A stretch of DNA of 64,000 bases from Flavobacteriales bacterium (GTDB lineage Bacteria; Bacteroidota; Bacteroidia; Flavobacteriales; UBA7312), in the NCBI GenBank assembly GCA_965277895.1, contig CBDIDR010000001.1, positions 128,074 through 192,073 on the forward strand. Direction: 5' to 3'. This document shows positions 19,516-28,049 of the stretch, piece after piece (positions within the stretch are counted from its first letter, which is position 1; every line of letters begins with the position of its first letter). The notes below the pieces were generated by a model. That model searched no databases. It was not told the origin of the DNA and saw nothing but the letters and a program-made list of their open reading frames with translations. Position numbers and translations under genes: made by a program.

Positions 19516-21768
19516 ATGAGCAAGATTATGATACGATTATTATTCCTTTTATGTCTATCCAGCCTAATAGCAACTGCTGAAAATGGCGATACTACATATG
19601 TACAAGTTCACGACAATACCGATATGACTTGGTACGGTCATTATAAAGACTGGGGGGAATTTCCTAGTGGAGATGAATCGTATAGAAAAGTACTTATGCA
19701 CTTCACAATGGGCTGTGCCTCTACTGGCTGTAGCGGCTGGGACTATGACGTGCATATTCTTATGAGAAACCGCACAGGCGTATTGGATTCAAATATGGTT
19801 TTGGCACCTTCATTCAAATTGAATAATGAGATTGTAGATACAGCAACCTTTAGCTATTCACCAACCTTCACTAACAGTTGGGACAGTGTAAATGGAACGA
19901 CTCCTGTTGCTAACGACACTATGGTTTTACTCCTATTTGCAGACCAAGACGACCCTTTTTTAGTGACAGATACGCAATACGTTTTTGCGGTAGATTATTA
20001 CAATCCAACTTATGATAGCTTAGGAGTAATCACCGACTCAACACTTGTTGTTGCTGACACAACGCTATACCTAAGCAACACCGTAACCTATAATGTCTTC
20101 GAAGTGATTGAAGATTTTGAATTGGGTAGAGCCATCACCCCTTACGGCACTTATATGAACCCTGCCAACGGAAGTTATGGGACTAATGGCTATGACGAAA
20201 ACTGGAAACACATATTTACCTACGATGTCACAGACTTTCAGCATTTACTAAAAGACTCTGTTGAAATTGATGCTTTTTATGCCGGATGGAGCAGTGGTTT
20301 CAGTGTGAAATTAGACTTTGAATTTATCGAAGGAACACCTCCAAGAACACCACTAAAGCTAAGCAATGTATATAAAAATGGAGCTTCAGGCTACGGCTAT
20401 TCCAACTCTAATAGTTTTGAGACAACGCAGATGCCAGAAACTAAAGTTGCTCTACTACCCTCAGCTCAAGAATATAAATTACAGTTCGTGCCATCAGGTC
20501 ATGGACAAGCAGGAGAGTTTACATCGGGCGTTAGCTATACCGCTAAAGTAAATGGAAGTGTAGTTGGTGGCAATACCATTTGGAAAGACGATTGCGGATT
20601 TAATGCCATTTGGCCTCAAGGAGGAACATGGATTTTTGACCGTGCCAACTGGTGTCCTGGTGAAGCAGTACCGATTTACAACCACGAAATAACCCCTTAT
20701 GTTGGTATGTCACTAGATTCCGTTGCTATTGATATTAATTTTAGCAATTATAACCCCAACGGAGATGCCTCTTACTCCTGTGCTGTACACCTCTTTCAGT
20801 ACACAGAACCTAACTTTACCTTAGATGCTGAAGTTACTGACATTTTAGCCCCATCCAAAAAGGATGTGTATTCAAGGTTCAATCCTATCTGTTCTAATCC
20901 TATCATCAAAATTAGAAACTCAGGAAAAGATGTACTGACTTCAGTAGATATTCAATACGGTGTAAAAGGCGGTACAATGCAAACCTACGAATGGACAGGC
21001 AGCCTTAAATTTATGGCAGAGGAAGAAGTAACACTCGACCCAATGATTCATGATGGAAATGAAACTAAATTCGTCGTTACTCTATTAAACCCTAATGGCT
21101 CAACGGACACCCATAGCGACAATGATACTATGGAATCTGAATTTGAAGACTTACCTATTTACAAGCCTTCGTTCTTAGTCAGATTAAAAACCAATAACTA
21201 CGGAAGTCAAAGTTCTTGGACTATAAAAAACAGCAACAATGAAGTTGTGTATTCGCGTGACAACTGTGCCAACAATACCTTGTACAACGATACCGTAACG
21301 CTAGGGAATGGCTGCTACACCTTTAGAATAGATGATACTGGCGGAGATGGACTAGACTTTTGGTATTGGGATAATATTGGTCAGCCAGACGGCAGTGGCT
21401 TTATCAACTTTATGTACTACGATACCATTTCAGTATTTCGTTCTTTCAACAAAGACTTTGGCTCGGCTATAGTTCATTCCTTTAGAGTTACGAATGGTGT
21501 GTCTGTAGACAATCATAGCATGATTAACTTTGACATCTATCCTTCTGTAAGTAATGGAACAGTATTTATTCAAAAAGATAGCTCAGCAAAACCACCATCA
21601 ACTATTGAAGTCTATTCTGTAAATGGACAAAAAATAATTGAAGAACAATGGGAAGAAAACACCCAATTGAAAACCCTTCATTTAGACTCGCTTTCAGATG
21701 GCATATACTTTGTTAAAGTGCAGACTGGAGATATCATTAACACTCAGAAAATTATCTTAAATCGATAG
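19516..21768 (+). CDS. Secreted PNGase F-like (peptide-N-glycosidase F-related) protein with a T9SS type-A C-terminal domain
   Basis: Signal peptide. Several segments align with my recollection of PNGase F: ELGRAITPYG..YDVTDFQHLLKDSVEID..DFEFIEGTP, and GTWIFDRANWCPGEAVP against PDRAGWCPGMAVP. The C-terminus FDIYPSVSNGTVFI..IEVYSVNGQKI..DGIYFVKV..QKIILNR is a typical Por sorting domain. Confidence 0.7.
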   Translation: MSKIMIRLLFLLCLSSLIATAENGDTTYVQVHDNTDMTWYGHYKDWGEFPSGDESYRKVLMHFTMGCASTGCSGWDYDVHILMRNRTGVLDSNMVLAPSFKLNNEIVDTATFSYSPTFTNSWDSVNGTTPVANDTMVLLLFADQDDPFLVTDTQYVFAVDYYNPTYDSLGVITDSTLVVADTTLYLSNTVTYNVFEVIEDFELGRAITPYGTYMNPANGSYGTNGYDENWKHIFTYDVTDFQHLLKDSVEIDAFYAGWSSGFSVKLDFEFIEGTPPRTPLKLSNVYKNGASGYGYSNSNSFETTQMPETKVALLPSAQEYKLQFVPSGHGQAGEFTSGVSYTAKVNGSVVGGNTIWKDDCGFNAIWPQGGTWIFDRANWCPGEAVPIYNHEITPYVGMSLDSVAIDINFSNYNPNGDASYSCAVHLFQYTEPNFTLDAEVTDILAPSKKDVYSRFNPICSNPIIKIRNSGKDVLTSVDIQYGVKGGTMQTYEWTGSLKFMAEEEVTLDPMIHDGNETKFVVTLLNPNGSTDTHSDNDTMESEFEDLPIYKPSFLVRLKTNNYGSQSSWTIKNSNNEVVYSRDNCANNTLYNDTVTLGNGCYTFRIDDTGGDGLDFWYWDNIGQPDGSGFINFMYYDTISVFRSFNKDFGSAIVHSFRVTNGVSVDNHSMINFDIYPSVSNGTVFIQKDSSAKPPSTIEVYSVNGQKIIEEQWEENTQLKTLHLDSLSDGIYFVKVQTGDIINTQKIILNR

Positions 21769-21829
21769 TAGACATTAATTTTAAGATAAGTTAAACTTAT
21801 TTTAACGGTGTTTTTATATTTTTACGCTG

Positions 21830-23767
21830 ATGACGAAACCCTCTTATTGCAATAGCTTAACAAAATACAGCCGCTCAAGAACAAGAGAAGTGATGGTAGG
21901 AAATGTGGGTGTTGGAGGCGACAATCCCATACGCATACAGTCCATGACCACAACGGATACTATGGACACTCAGGCTACGGTGGAGCAAAGCATACGCATG
22001 ATAGAAGCAGGTTGTGAGATTGTGAGAATCACTGCCCCTTCCAAGAAAGACGCCGAAAATCTTCAGAATATAAAAGATGAATTAAGGGCTAGAGGCTATG
22101 ATACGCCTTTGGTTGCCGACATACATTTCACCCCAAATGCTGCCGAAATAGCGGCTCGAATAGTCGAAAAAATAAGAGTAAACCCAGGCAACTATGCCGA
22201 TAAGAAAAAGTTCGAGGAATTAGAATACACCGATGAAACCTATCAGCAAGAGCTACAACGCATAAAAGAACGTTTCGTTCCATTAGTCAGAATTTGTAAG
22301 GAAGAAGGCACTGCCATGCGAATAGGTACTAATCACGGCTCTCTTTCCGACAGAATTTTAGGACGTTATGGCGATACTCCGCTAGGCATGGTAGAATCGG
22401 CTTTGGAGTTTTTACGCATTTGTCAAGAAGAAGACTACCACAACATCATCCTTTCCATGAAGGCAAGTAATACCCAAGTGATGGTGCAAGCCTATCGCCT
22501 TTTGATTGTAAAGATGAAGGAGGAAAATATGAATTACCCCTTACATTTGGGCGTAACAGAAGCCGGTGAGGGTGAAGACGGACGTATTAAATCCGCTGTG
22601 GGTATTGGCACTCTATTGGAAGATGGCATTGGCGATACCGTTCGTGTATCACTGACGGAAGAACCCGAATTTGAAATCCCAGTAGCAAGAGAATTAGTAA
22701 GGCGTTACGACACTAGAAAAAAACACCAAAAAATAAGCAGCATTTCGGATTATCCTATTGATAGCTACAACTACATCCGAAGAGAAAGCAATAAAGTCTT
22801 AAACATTGGCGAAAAGCAAGTGCCTATTGTTATGGCTGATTTTTCACTCAAGAAAAAACTAAGTCCAGCTTCCTTTTTTGCCTTAGGCTACCGCTATTCT
22901 GTGCCGACAGACAAATGGAACATCGGCGATATGGCATGCGATTATGTCTTTTTGGGCGATGAAGAAATTGACTTCAACATTCCAGGAACATTAGGCGTCG
23001 TTTACCATTACGACACTTGGCTAAAGCACCAAAATGAAGATAGGGTTTATCCTTTTCTAACTCATAAACAGTATTTAGAAAACCCCACTCTTTCTAAACA
23101 TCTAAACATCGTTTACGCCTGCCTACCTGACCTCAGCACTGAACTTATCGACAAGCTTAAAAGCGACCCTACTGCCGTTTTGCTAATAGATAGCTGGAAC
23201 GCTCACGGCATGGCAGAACAAAGGCGTTTATTCGTTGAACTCATCAACCAAAAATGCACTGTCCCAGTTATTATCGGTCGTGCTTATGGCAACCTCAAAG
23301 AGGAAGAACTGCAACTGCATGCTGCAACAGACATGGGGGCTTTATTAATAGATGGTTTAGGCGATGGCATATTCATTGCTGCTGAAAATTGCGGCTCAGA
23401 CCAAACCGTTAATCAAACGGCTTTTGGCATACTACAAGCAACGCGAACACGTATCTCCAAAACCGAATACATCTCTTGTCCTTCTTGTGGACGTACTCTC
23501 TTTGATTTGCAAGAAACAACAGCCAAAATTCGTGCTAAAACCAACCACCTAAAAGGGGTGAAAATTGGTATAATGGGTTGTATAGTCAATGGCCCTGGTG
23601 AAATGGCAGATGCCGACTACGGCTATGTAGGTACTGGCGTTGGAAAAATCACACTCTACAAAGAGAAAGAAGTGGTGCAACGAAATATCCCTGAGGAGCA
23701 AGCCGTATATGCTCTAATTGACCTCATCAAAAGTTATGGCGACTGGGTAGAAGCTAAAAGTGATTAA
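21830..23767 (+). CDS. ispG: 4-hydroxy-3-methylbut-2-en-1-yl diphosphate synthase, long form
   Basis: GGDNPIRIQSMT..VRITAP..ADIHF..RVNPGN at the N-terminus; SCPSCGRT..MGCIVNGPGE Fe-S region at the C-terminus; a large central insert as in Bacteroidota IspG. Confidence 0.92.
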   Translation: MTKPSYCNSLTKYSRSRTREVMVGNVGVGGDNPIRIQSMTTTDTMDTQATVEQSIRMIEAGCEIVRITAPSKKDAENLQNIKDELRARGYDTPLVADIHFTPNAAEIAARIVEKIRVNPGNYADKKKFEELEYTDETYQQELQRIKERFVPLVRICKEEGTAMRIGTNHGSLSDRILGRYGDTPLGMVESALEFLRICQEEDYHNIILSMKASNTQVMVQAYRLLIVKMKEENMNYPLHLGVTEAGEGEDGRIKSAVGIGTLLEDGIGDTVRVSLTEEPEFEIPVARELVRRYDTRKKHQKISSISDYPIDSYNYIRRESNKVLNIGEKQVPIVMADFSLKKKLSPASFFALGYRYSVPTDKWNIGDMACDYVFLGDEEIDFNIPGTLGVVYHYDTWLKHQNEDRVYPFLTHKQYLENPTLSKHLNIVYACLPDLSTELIDKLKSDPTAVLLIDSWNAHGMAEQRRLFVELINQKCTVPVIIGRAYGNLKEEELQLHAATDMGALLIDGLGDGIFIAAENCGSDQTVNQTAFGILQATRTRISKTEYISCPSCGRTLFDLQETTAKIRAKTNHLKGVKIGIMGCIVNGPGEMADADYGYVGTGVGKITLYKEKEVVQRNIPEEQAVYALIDLIKSYGDWVEAKSD

Positions 23768-23774
23768 AATTTTA

Positions 23775-23782
23775 TAAATTTG
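23775..23782 (+). promoter_or_regulatory. -7-type promoter box (TAAATTTG) just after the ispG stop
   Basis: Perfect TAnnTTTG, 19 nt upstream of a 39-codon ORF. Confidence 0.3.
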
Positions 23783-23801
23783 TATCACAACTTAAAGCCC
23801 A

Positions 23802-23921
23802 ATGAATTTTTTAGCCCAATCACTATTTCCATTTACTTTATTACAAACTTGTATTGACAGATATTTTGACCCTTGTGTCAATAATAACTCCCTATCAATA
23901 ATGGATTTACTACACTTATAA
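23802..23921 (+). other. Candidate small ORF (39 codons) or sRNA body
   Basis: ATG..TAA encoding MNFLAQSLFPFTLLQTCIDRYFDPCVNNNSLSIMDLLHL, bracketed by a -7 box and a strong hairpin. No homology recognised. Confidence 0.2.
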
Positions 23922-23925
23922 GGGT

Positions 23926-23958
23926 TAGATTTACGCATTGCGTAAATCTATTTGTTGT
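23926..23958 (+). terminator. Hairpin terminator
   Basis: Perfect 11-bp stem tagatttacgc / gcgtaaatcta, loop att, followed by tttgttgt. Confidence 0.55.
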
Positions 23959-23992
23959 GCTCCATCAAGAAAAAATAAAATCCAAAGAGGAA

Positions 23993-24109
23993 TTAAGCCC
24001 CTTGAATCATTACCGCTTTACCGTCAAAGGAAGTGTTGGTTAGACAATCCACAAAAAACTTAGCTACATCAGAGCGAGAAATGAACTTTGGAAAGAAAAG
24101 TATATGATT
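23993..24109 (-). pseudogene. C-terminal remnant of an NAD(P)H-binding (NmrA/BVR-B-like) oxidoreductase
   Basis: Open frame ..NHILFFPKFISRSDVAKFFVDCLTNTSFDGKAVMIQGA*. It resembles the C-termini of atypical SDR and flavin reductase proteins (compare [21 protein letters not shown]). There is no Rossmann N-terminus and no start codon. Confidence 0.45.
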
Positions 24110-24294
24110 CAATCCCAGTAAAAGTAACCTATAAGTAGGCTGACTATGGATATACGCTTGTTCCCTTAATTATCGAATTGACAAATTGGGGATTGGAACA
24201 TAGAAAAATGATAATGAAAAGATAAAGACGAGAGCACAACAAGGTATATAGTGCATGGCTTCCTAACGTCAGCCACGACACCATATACAAACCG

Positions 24295-25191
24295 TTACCC
24301 CCACAAAGGCGTTGGGTAAACGCCCTTTTCGATTTGTTCGGCAATGGCAGCAACTGCCATAGGCTTATCTTCTTTGTAGGTAACGCCAAACCAAGTATCG
24401 GTAGTAGGAATTACTCGTACTGCCATAGTCCCATCGTTGATTAAATCCGTTACTATATTTGGAATGTAATATTCTGCCTTAGGGTCTTGTGAATGTGCTT
24501 TCATAAAAGCGTGTAAGCCATTTTCGATATGCTCAAATATGGAAGGGTGAAAACCCCAATAGTTCATAGACACACTAGCTTGAGGGTTAAGTTCCGCCCC
24601 GCCTTCTTCGCCTACATTGTACTCTACCTTGCCATTAACATTGGCAATTTTGGTACGCTCAATCACTTCAATAAGTTCGTCATTGGAGTTTACTTCGCAC
24701 ACCCCTCGGTTTACTGTACCATGCTCTGATAGGGTATTTTCCAAAACAAAACCCAACATAGACATTACCGATGGCGAGCAATCATTACTTAAAAAATCAG
24801 CCATTATTTTAAAGGAATTAGCTCCATAGTAATCATCGGCATTGATAACTGCAAAAGGCTCATTAATACATTCCTTTGCAACCAATACAGCATGTGACGT
24901 TCCCCATGGCTTTTGACGTTCTACCAAATCAACCCCTTCTAATTCGACTTGTACAGGCTGATAAGCATAAGCGATTTCAATCATGCTTTCGAACTTAGCA
25001 AAACGGGAACGAAAGGCTTCATCAAATTCTTTACGAATAACAAATACAATCTTTCCGAAACCAGACTGTATAGCGTCATAAATAGAATATTCTATGATGG
25101 GTTCTTCATTCGGTCCTATACCGTCAATTTGCTTGAGTCCACCGTATCGGCTTCCCATTCCTGCGGCTAAAATTAAAAGTGCTGGTTTCAT
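24295..25191 (-). CDS. Sugar-phosphate nucleotidyltransferase family protein
   Basis: LILAAGMGSRYGGLKQ N-terminal NTP-transferase signature; 298 aa. Confidence 0.8.
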   Translation of the reverse strand: MKPALLILAAGMGSRYGGLKQIDGIGPNEEPIIEYSIYDAIQSGFGKIVFVIRKEFDEAFRSRFAKFESMIEIAYAYQPVQVELEGVDLVERQKPWGTSHAVLVAKECINEPFAVINADDYYGANSFKIMADFLSNDCSPSVMSMLGFVLENTLSEHGTVNRGVCEVNSNDELIEVIERTKIANVNGKVEYNVGEEGGAELNPQASVSMNYWGFHPSIFEHIENGLHAFMKAHSQDPKAEYYIPNIVTDLINDGTMAVRVIPTTDTWFGVTYKEDKPMAVAAIAEQIEKGVYPTPLWG

Positions 25192-25248
25192 AAAAGGTTA
25201 ATTTTTTGCGAAAATATAGAAAGTAATCAAACCTAAACGACTTTATCT

Positions 25249-27129
25249 CTAAAATTCAACAGAAATGGATTGAATTTCAATTCGCCTTTCTCTTGATGCC
25301 TTTATGCTGTACACCGAATTACGCCTATCGTTCGGATTGTCGCTCACTTCCATATTAACTTGGGTTTCGCCTAAAGGTAATTCTACAAGGCTAAGTGCTC
25401 CGCTGTCCAAATAGGGTAAAAGCACACCCTCATTATAGCTTCTTAAGTAGTTTTCTACACTAGAAATTCGGCGTTTTGCCAATAGATTGTTGTAGTCGCT
25501 ATCGGTAAGAGGAGAGGTAAATCCTTTTAGTCTAAGGTCAACGCTAGCTCCCAATGCCATAGCAGCCTCCAGCTGTTGGGCAAAGGTGTTCAACTGCATC
25601 ATTCCTTGATTAACGGTTTGGTCAAAAAAGATACGCATCTGTCGTTCCGCATGATTTTTTGCTCTACCTCCCAAAACGGAAGCGAATCGCTTGACGTATT
25701 CTTCTTTTAGGCTAACAAAAGAATCATATGCATCGGTATAGGATAATGTTGTGGTACTGTCTCTAGTATTTGGATTAGGCTCGTCGTTATGAAAATACAA
25801 ACTCAAAGGCAAGTTAAGACGCATAGCAGTGGCTAGGCTGTCTATTTTTACACAAACGCATTCTTCTGTTTTTACAAAGGCATAAATATCGTTACAACAG
25901 CTTTCGTAAGTAAGGGTTTGTGAGCCTGAGCGGTTTGAGGAGAAATAGCCCAATAAAGGACTATCCAAGCGTGAACTGTAATACAAATCGTTGGCACTAC
26001 TGTTTAGCGGTTTTCCAACATTTGATACTAAACCCCAATTTTCTTCCCAAGGCGTTTGGAAAATATCAAAGCCTCCCAAACCAGGATGAAAATCAGAACT
26101 AAAATACAATACCCTTTCTGTCGAATGGTAAAATGGCGTTACTTCCTTGCCTACTGTATTAATGCCATTGCCTAAATGTTGAGGACTGCCTTGCATTGGC
26201 ACAAACCAAATATCCAAATCGCCTTCCCCTCCTCTTCTGTCCGAAGAGATAAAAAGCCCATCAACGCCTTCCCACAACGCCCATTGCGGATGGGTATTTT
26301 TGGCATTGGTAGTGTTAAAGCGTTCGTCCATTAGCTGAGGTGTTTGCCACAAACCATCTTTTAAAATGCTCTTGTATATATAGCATTGTATCTCATTTTT
26401 TTCATTCTTACACTTGGTAAAAAAGGCTTCCGTACCATCGGGGTTTAAGGTCAAATTAGCGATGTGGTAATCAAAATCATTGAAGGCATTAAAGGGTTTT
26501 GCTACCCCTCCTTTGTCGGCAACCATAAGGGTTGAACGGTGACCAATATACAGCTCGTTTGCCAGTCCATCGTCTTTATCCATCGTTGAAAAATACAAGC
26601 GTTCTTGCTCATCTGTAAAAGGGGCAAAATCAGAAACGGAAGAATTCACTTTATCGTCCAAATGCTCCAACTTAACCTCATCATTATCCTTCATAAATCG
26701 TGCCAACTCGCTGCCCTTGAGTTCCATCAGGCCTTTTCTATACCAATAATCCGATGGATAAGGATGCTCGTCCAAAAAGGTTTGGAGGTAGGTAGAAGCC
26801 TCATCATAACTGCCTATATTTTTATGTAGCATCCCCAAATACAAAAGAATGTTTGGGTACTTAGCATCTTGATTTAGGGCGTCTGCCTTTTGAAAATACT
26901 GTATGGCCTTTGTGTATTGGTGTGTGTGCTGATAGCTTTCTGCCAAAGGATGCCACAAACTACTTAACATACTGTCCTTTTCTAATGCTAGTTCATAAAA
27001 ATGAATGGCAGAAAAGTAGTCCTTGACCTCAAAATAATAGTTGCCTTCACTCACCAAAGCAGACTTGTTTTGTCCGAAAGCAAAAACCGTAATTAGGCAA
27101 AATAGATATGTAAATAGTCGCTGTTTCAT
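25249..27129 (-). CDS. PorE-like protein: TPR, PD40/TolB-like beta-propeller and an OmpA-like C-terminal domain
   Basis: N-terminal TPR-like helices; repeated PD40-type motifs (LYFSTMD, GLFISSDRRGG..DIWF, LYFSSDFHPGLGGFDIF, GYFSSNRSG); C-terminal GFTSPL..YNNLLAKRRISSVENYL, which is OmpA-like. Confidence 0.75.
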   Translation of the reverse strand: MKQRLFTYLFCLITVFAFGQNKSALVSEGNYYFEVKDYFSAIHFYELALEKDSMLSSLWHPLAESYQHTHQYTKAIQYFQKADALNQDAKYPNILLYLGMLHKNIGSYDEASTYLQTFLDEHPYPSDYWYRKGLMELKGSELARFMKDNDEVKLEHLDDKVNSSVSDFAPFTDEQERLYFSTMDKDDGLANELYIGHRSTLMVADKGGVAKPFNAFNDFDYHIANLTLNPDGTEAFFTKCKNEKNEIQCYIYKSILKDGLWQTPQLMDERFNTTNAKNTHPQWALWEGVDGLFISSDRRGGEGDLDIWFVPMQGSPQHLGNGINTVGKEVTPFYHSTERVLYFSSDFHPGLGGFDIFQTPWEENWGLVSNVGKPLNSSANDLYYSSRLDSPLLGYFSSNRSGSQTLTYESCCNDIYAFVKTEECVCVKIDSLATAMRLNLPLSLYFHNDEPNPNTRDSTTTLSYTDAYDSFVSLKEEYVKRFASVLGGRAKNHAERQMRIFFDQTVNQGMMQLNTFAQQLEAAMALGASVDLRLKGFTSPLTDSDYNNLLAKRRISSVENYLRSYNEGVLLPYLDSGALSLVELPLGETQVNMEVSDNPNDRRNSVYSIKASRERRIEIQSISVEF

Positions 27130-28049
27130 AAAAAGGTAGGACAGGTTTTATACGACGGTCGAGGCATCGATGATTTAATAATATGTCGGAACGACAGTTC
27201 CCAAGCTCCCAAATAATTACTTGCTGGCACTAGGTCCGATACATTCCAGTCGTATGTAAATGCTAGATGACTGTTTTGCCAATTGACTCCTAGCAATAGC
27301 CCAACAGCATCACCAAAGCGGTAGAAACTACCGGCTTCTAATTTTATTTCTTGGTAATAATATTCGCTAATATCAAACGAAAGGTTTGAGCCCAAAACGC
27401 ATTGTGCTTGTTTGCTTTGCAAGGCGTAATAGAAAAACGGTTCTAACGACCATTGAGTGGTAAGGGGCTTTTGTAAAACGGTACTTAACTGATGCTTTAC
27501 TGGCAGCAAATCTTTATTAGAATAAAAAGAACGGTCAGGTTTATTTAGGTGGGCTAAAGAATAAGCCAACTTAAGCTCTGAATCAGAAATATAGAGGGTG
27601 TTATTAACACCAAGTCCAATGTCCATAAAACCTTTAGTTAAAGAGGGTATTTGTTCGCCAGCGTCCAAAAAGTACAATTCAGAATAATCAATTTTCTGTT
27701 GAGCAAATCCTAAATGTACACCGAAGCTCCAACTTTCTACAAAACGTGCTATTGAGAACGATAATTGCGTGAGGGATAGATTAGAACTCCCAGATTGGTC
27801 TCTTAATAGTTGAGCTCCAAAACCCCACGATTTATAAGGCATGTCAAAAGCTACCGATGTACTGCTGAAGGGAACACTAACACTTGCCCATTGCTCACGT
27901 TGATGTGCTGTTATTCTGTAATCGCCATCAAACTGACCGGCATTGGCAGGGTTTAAGTAAAGGGGATTATTATACCACTGACTGAATTGAATGTCTTGAG
28001 TAAAGCCAAGAAAAGGACATAAAAGAAATATGTAAATCCAATTTTTCAT
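27126..28049 (-). CDS. T9SS membrane protein of the PorP/SprF family
   Basis: QDIQFSQWYNNPLYLNPANAG N-terminal signature; about 300-aa beta-barrel-like protein. 4-nt overlaps with both neighbouring genes. Confidence 0.85.
   Translation of the reverse strand: MKNWIYIFLLCPFLGFTQDIQFSQWYNNPLYLNPANAGQFDGDYRITAHQREQWASVSVPFSSTSVAFDMPYKSWGFGAQLLRDQSGSSNLSLTQLSFSIARFVESWSFGVHLGFAQQKIDYSELYFLDAGEQIPSLTKGFMDIGLGVNNTLYISDSELKLAYSLAHLNKPDRSFYSNKDLLPVKHQLSTVLQKPLTTQWSLEPFFYYALQSKQAQCVLGSNLSFDISEYYYQEIKLEAGSFYRFGDAVGLLLGVNWQNSHLAFTYDWNVSDLVPASNYLGAWELSFRHIIKSSMPRPSYKTCPTFL

Noticed and set aside
21769-21829. Possible terminator hairpin (ataagtt..aacttat) after the PNGase-like gene
   Set aside because: The loop is too small for the full stem, the pairing is AT-only, and the T tract is weak. 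Not convincing.
24144-24389. 81-aa minus-strand ORF overlapping the 3' end of the nucleotidyltransferase gene
   Set aside because: It is out of frame with, and largely inside, a well-supported gene. The remainder falls in decayed intergenic DNA.
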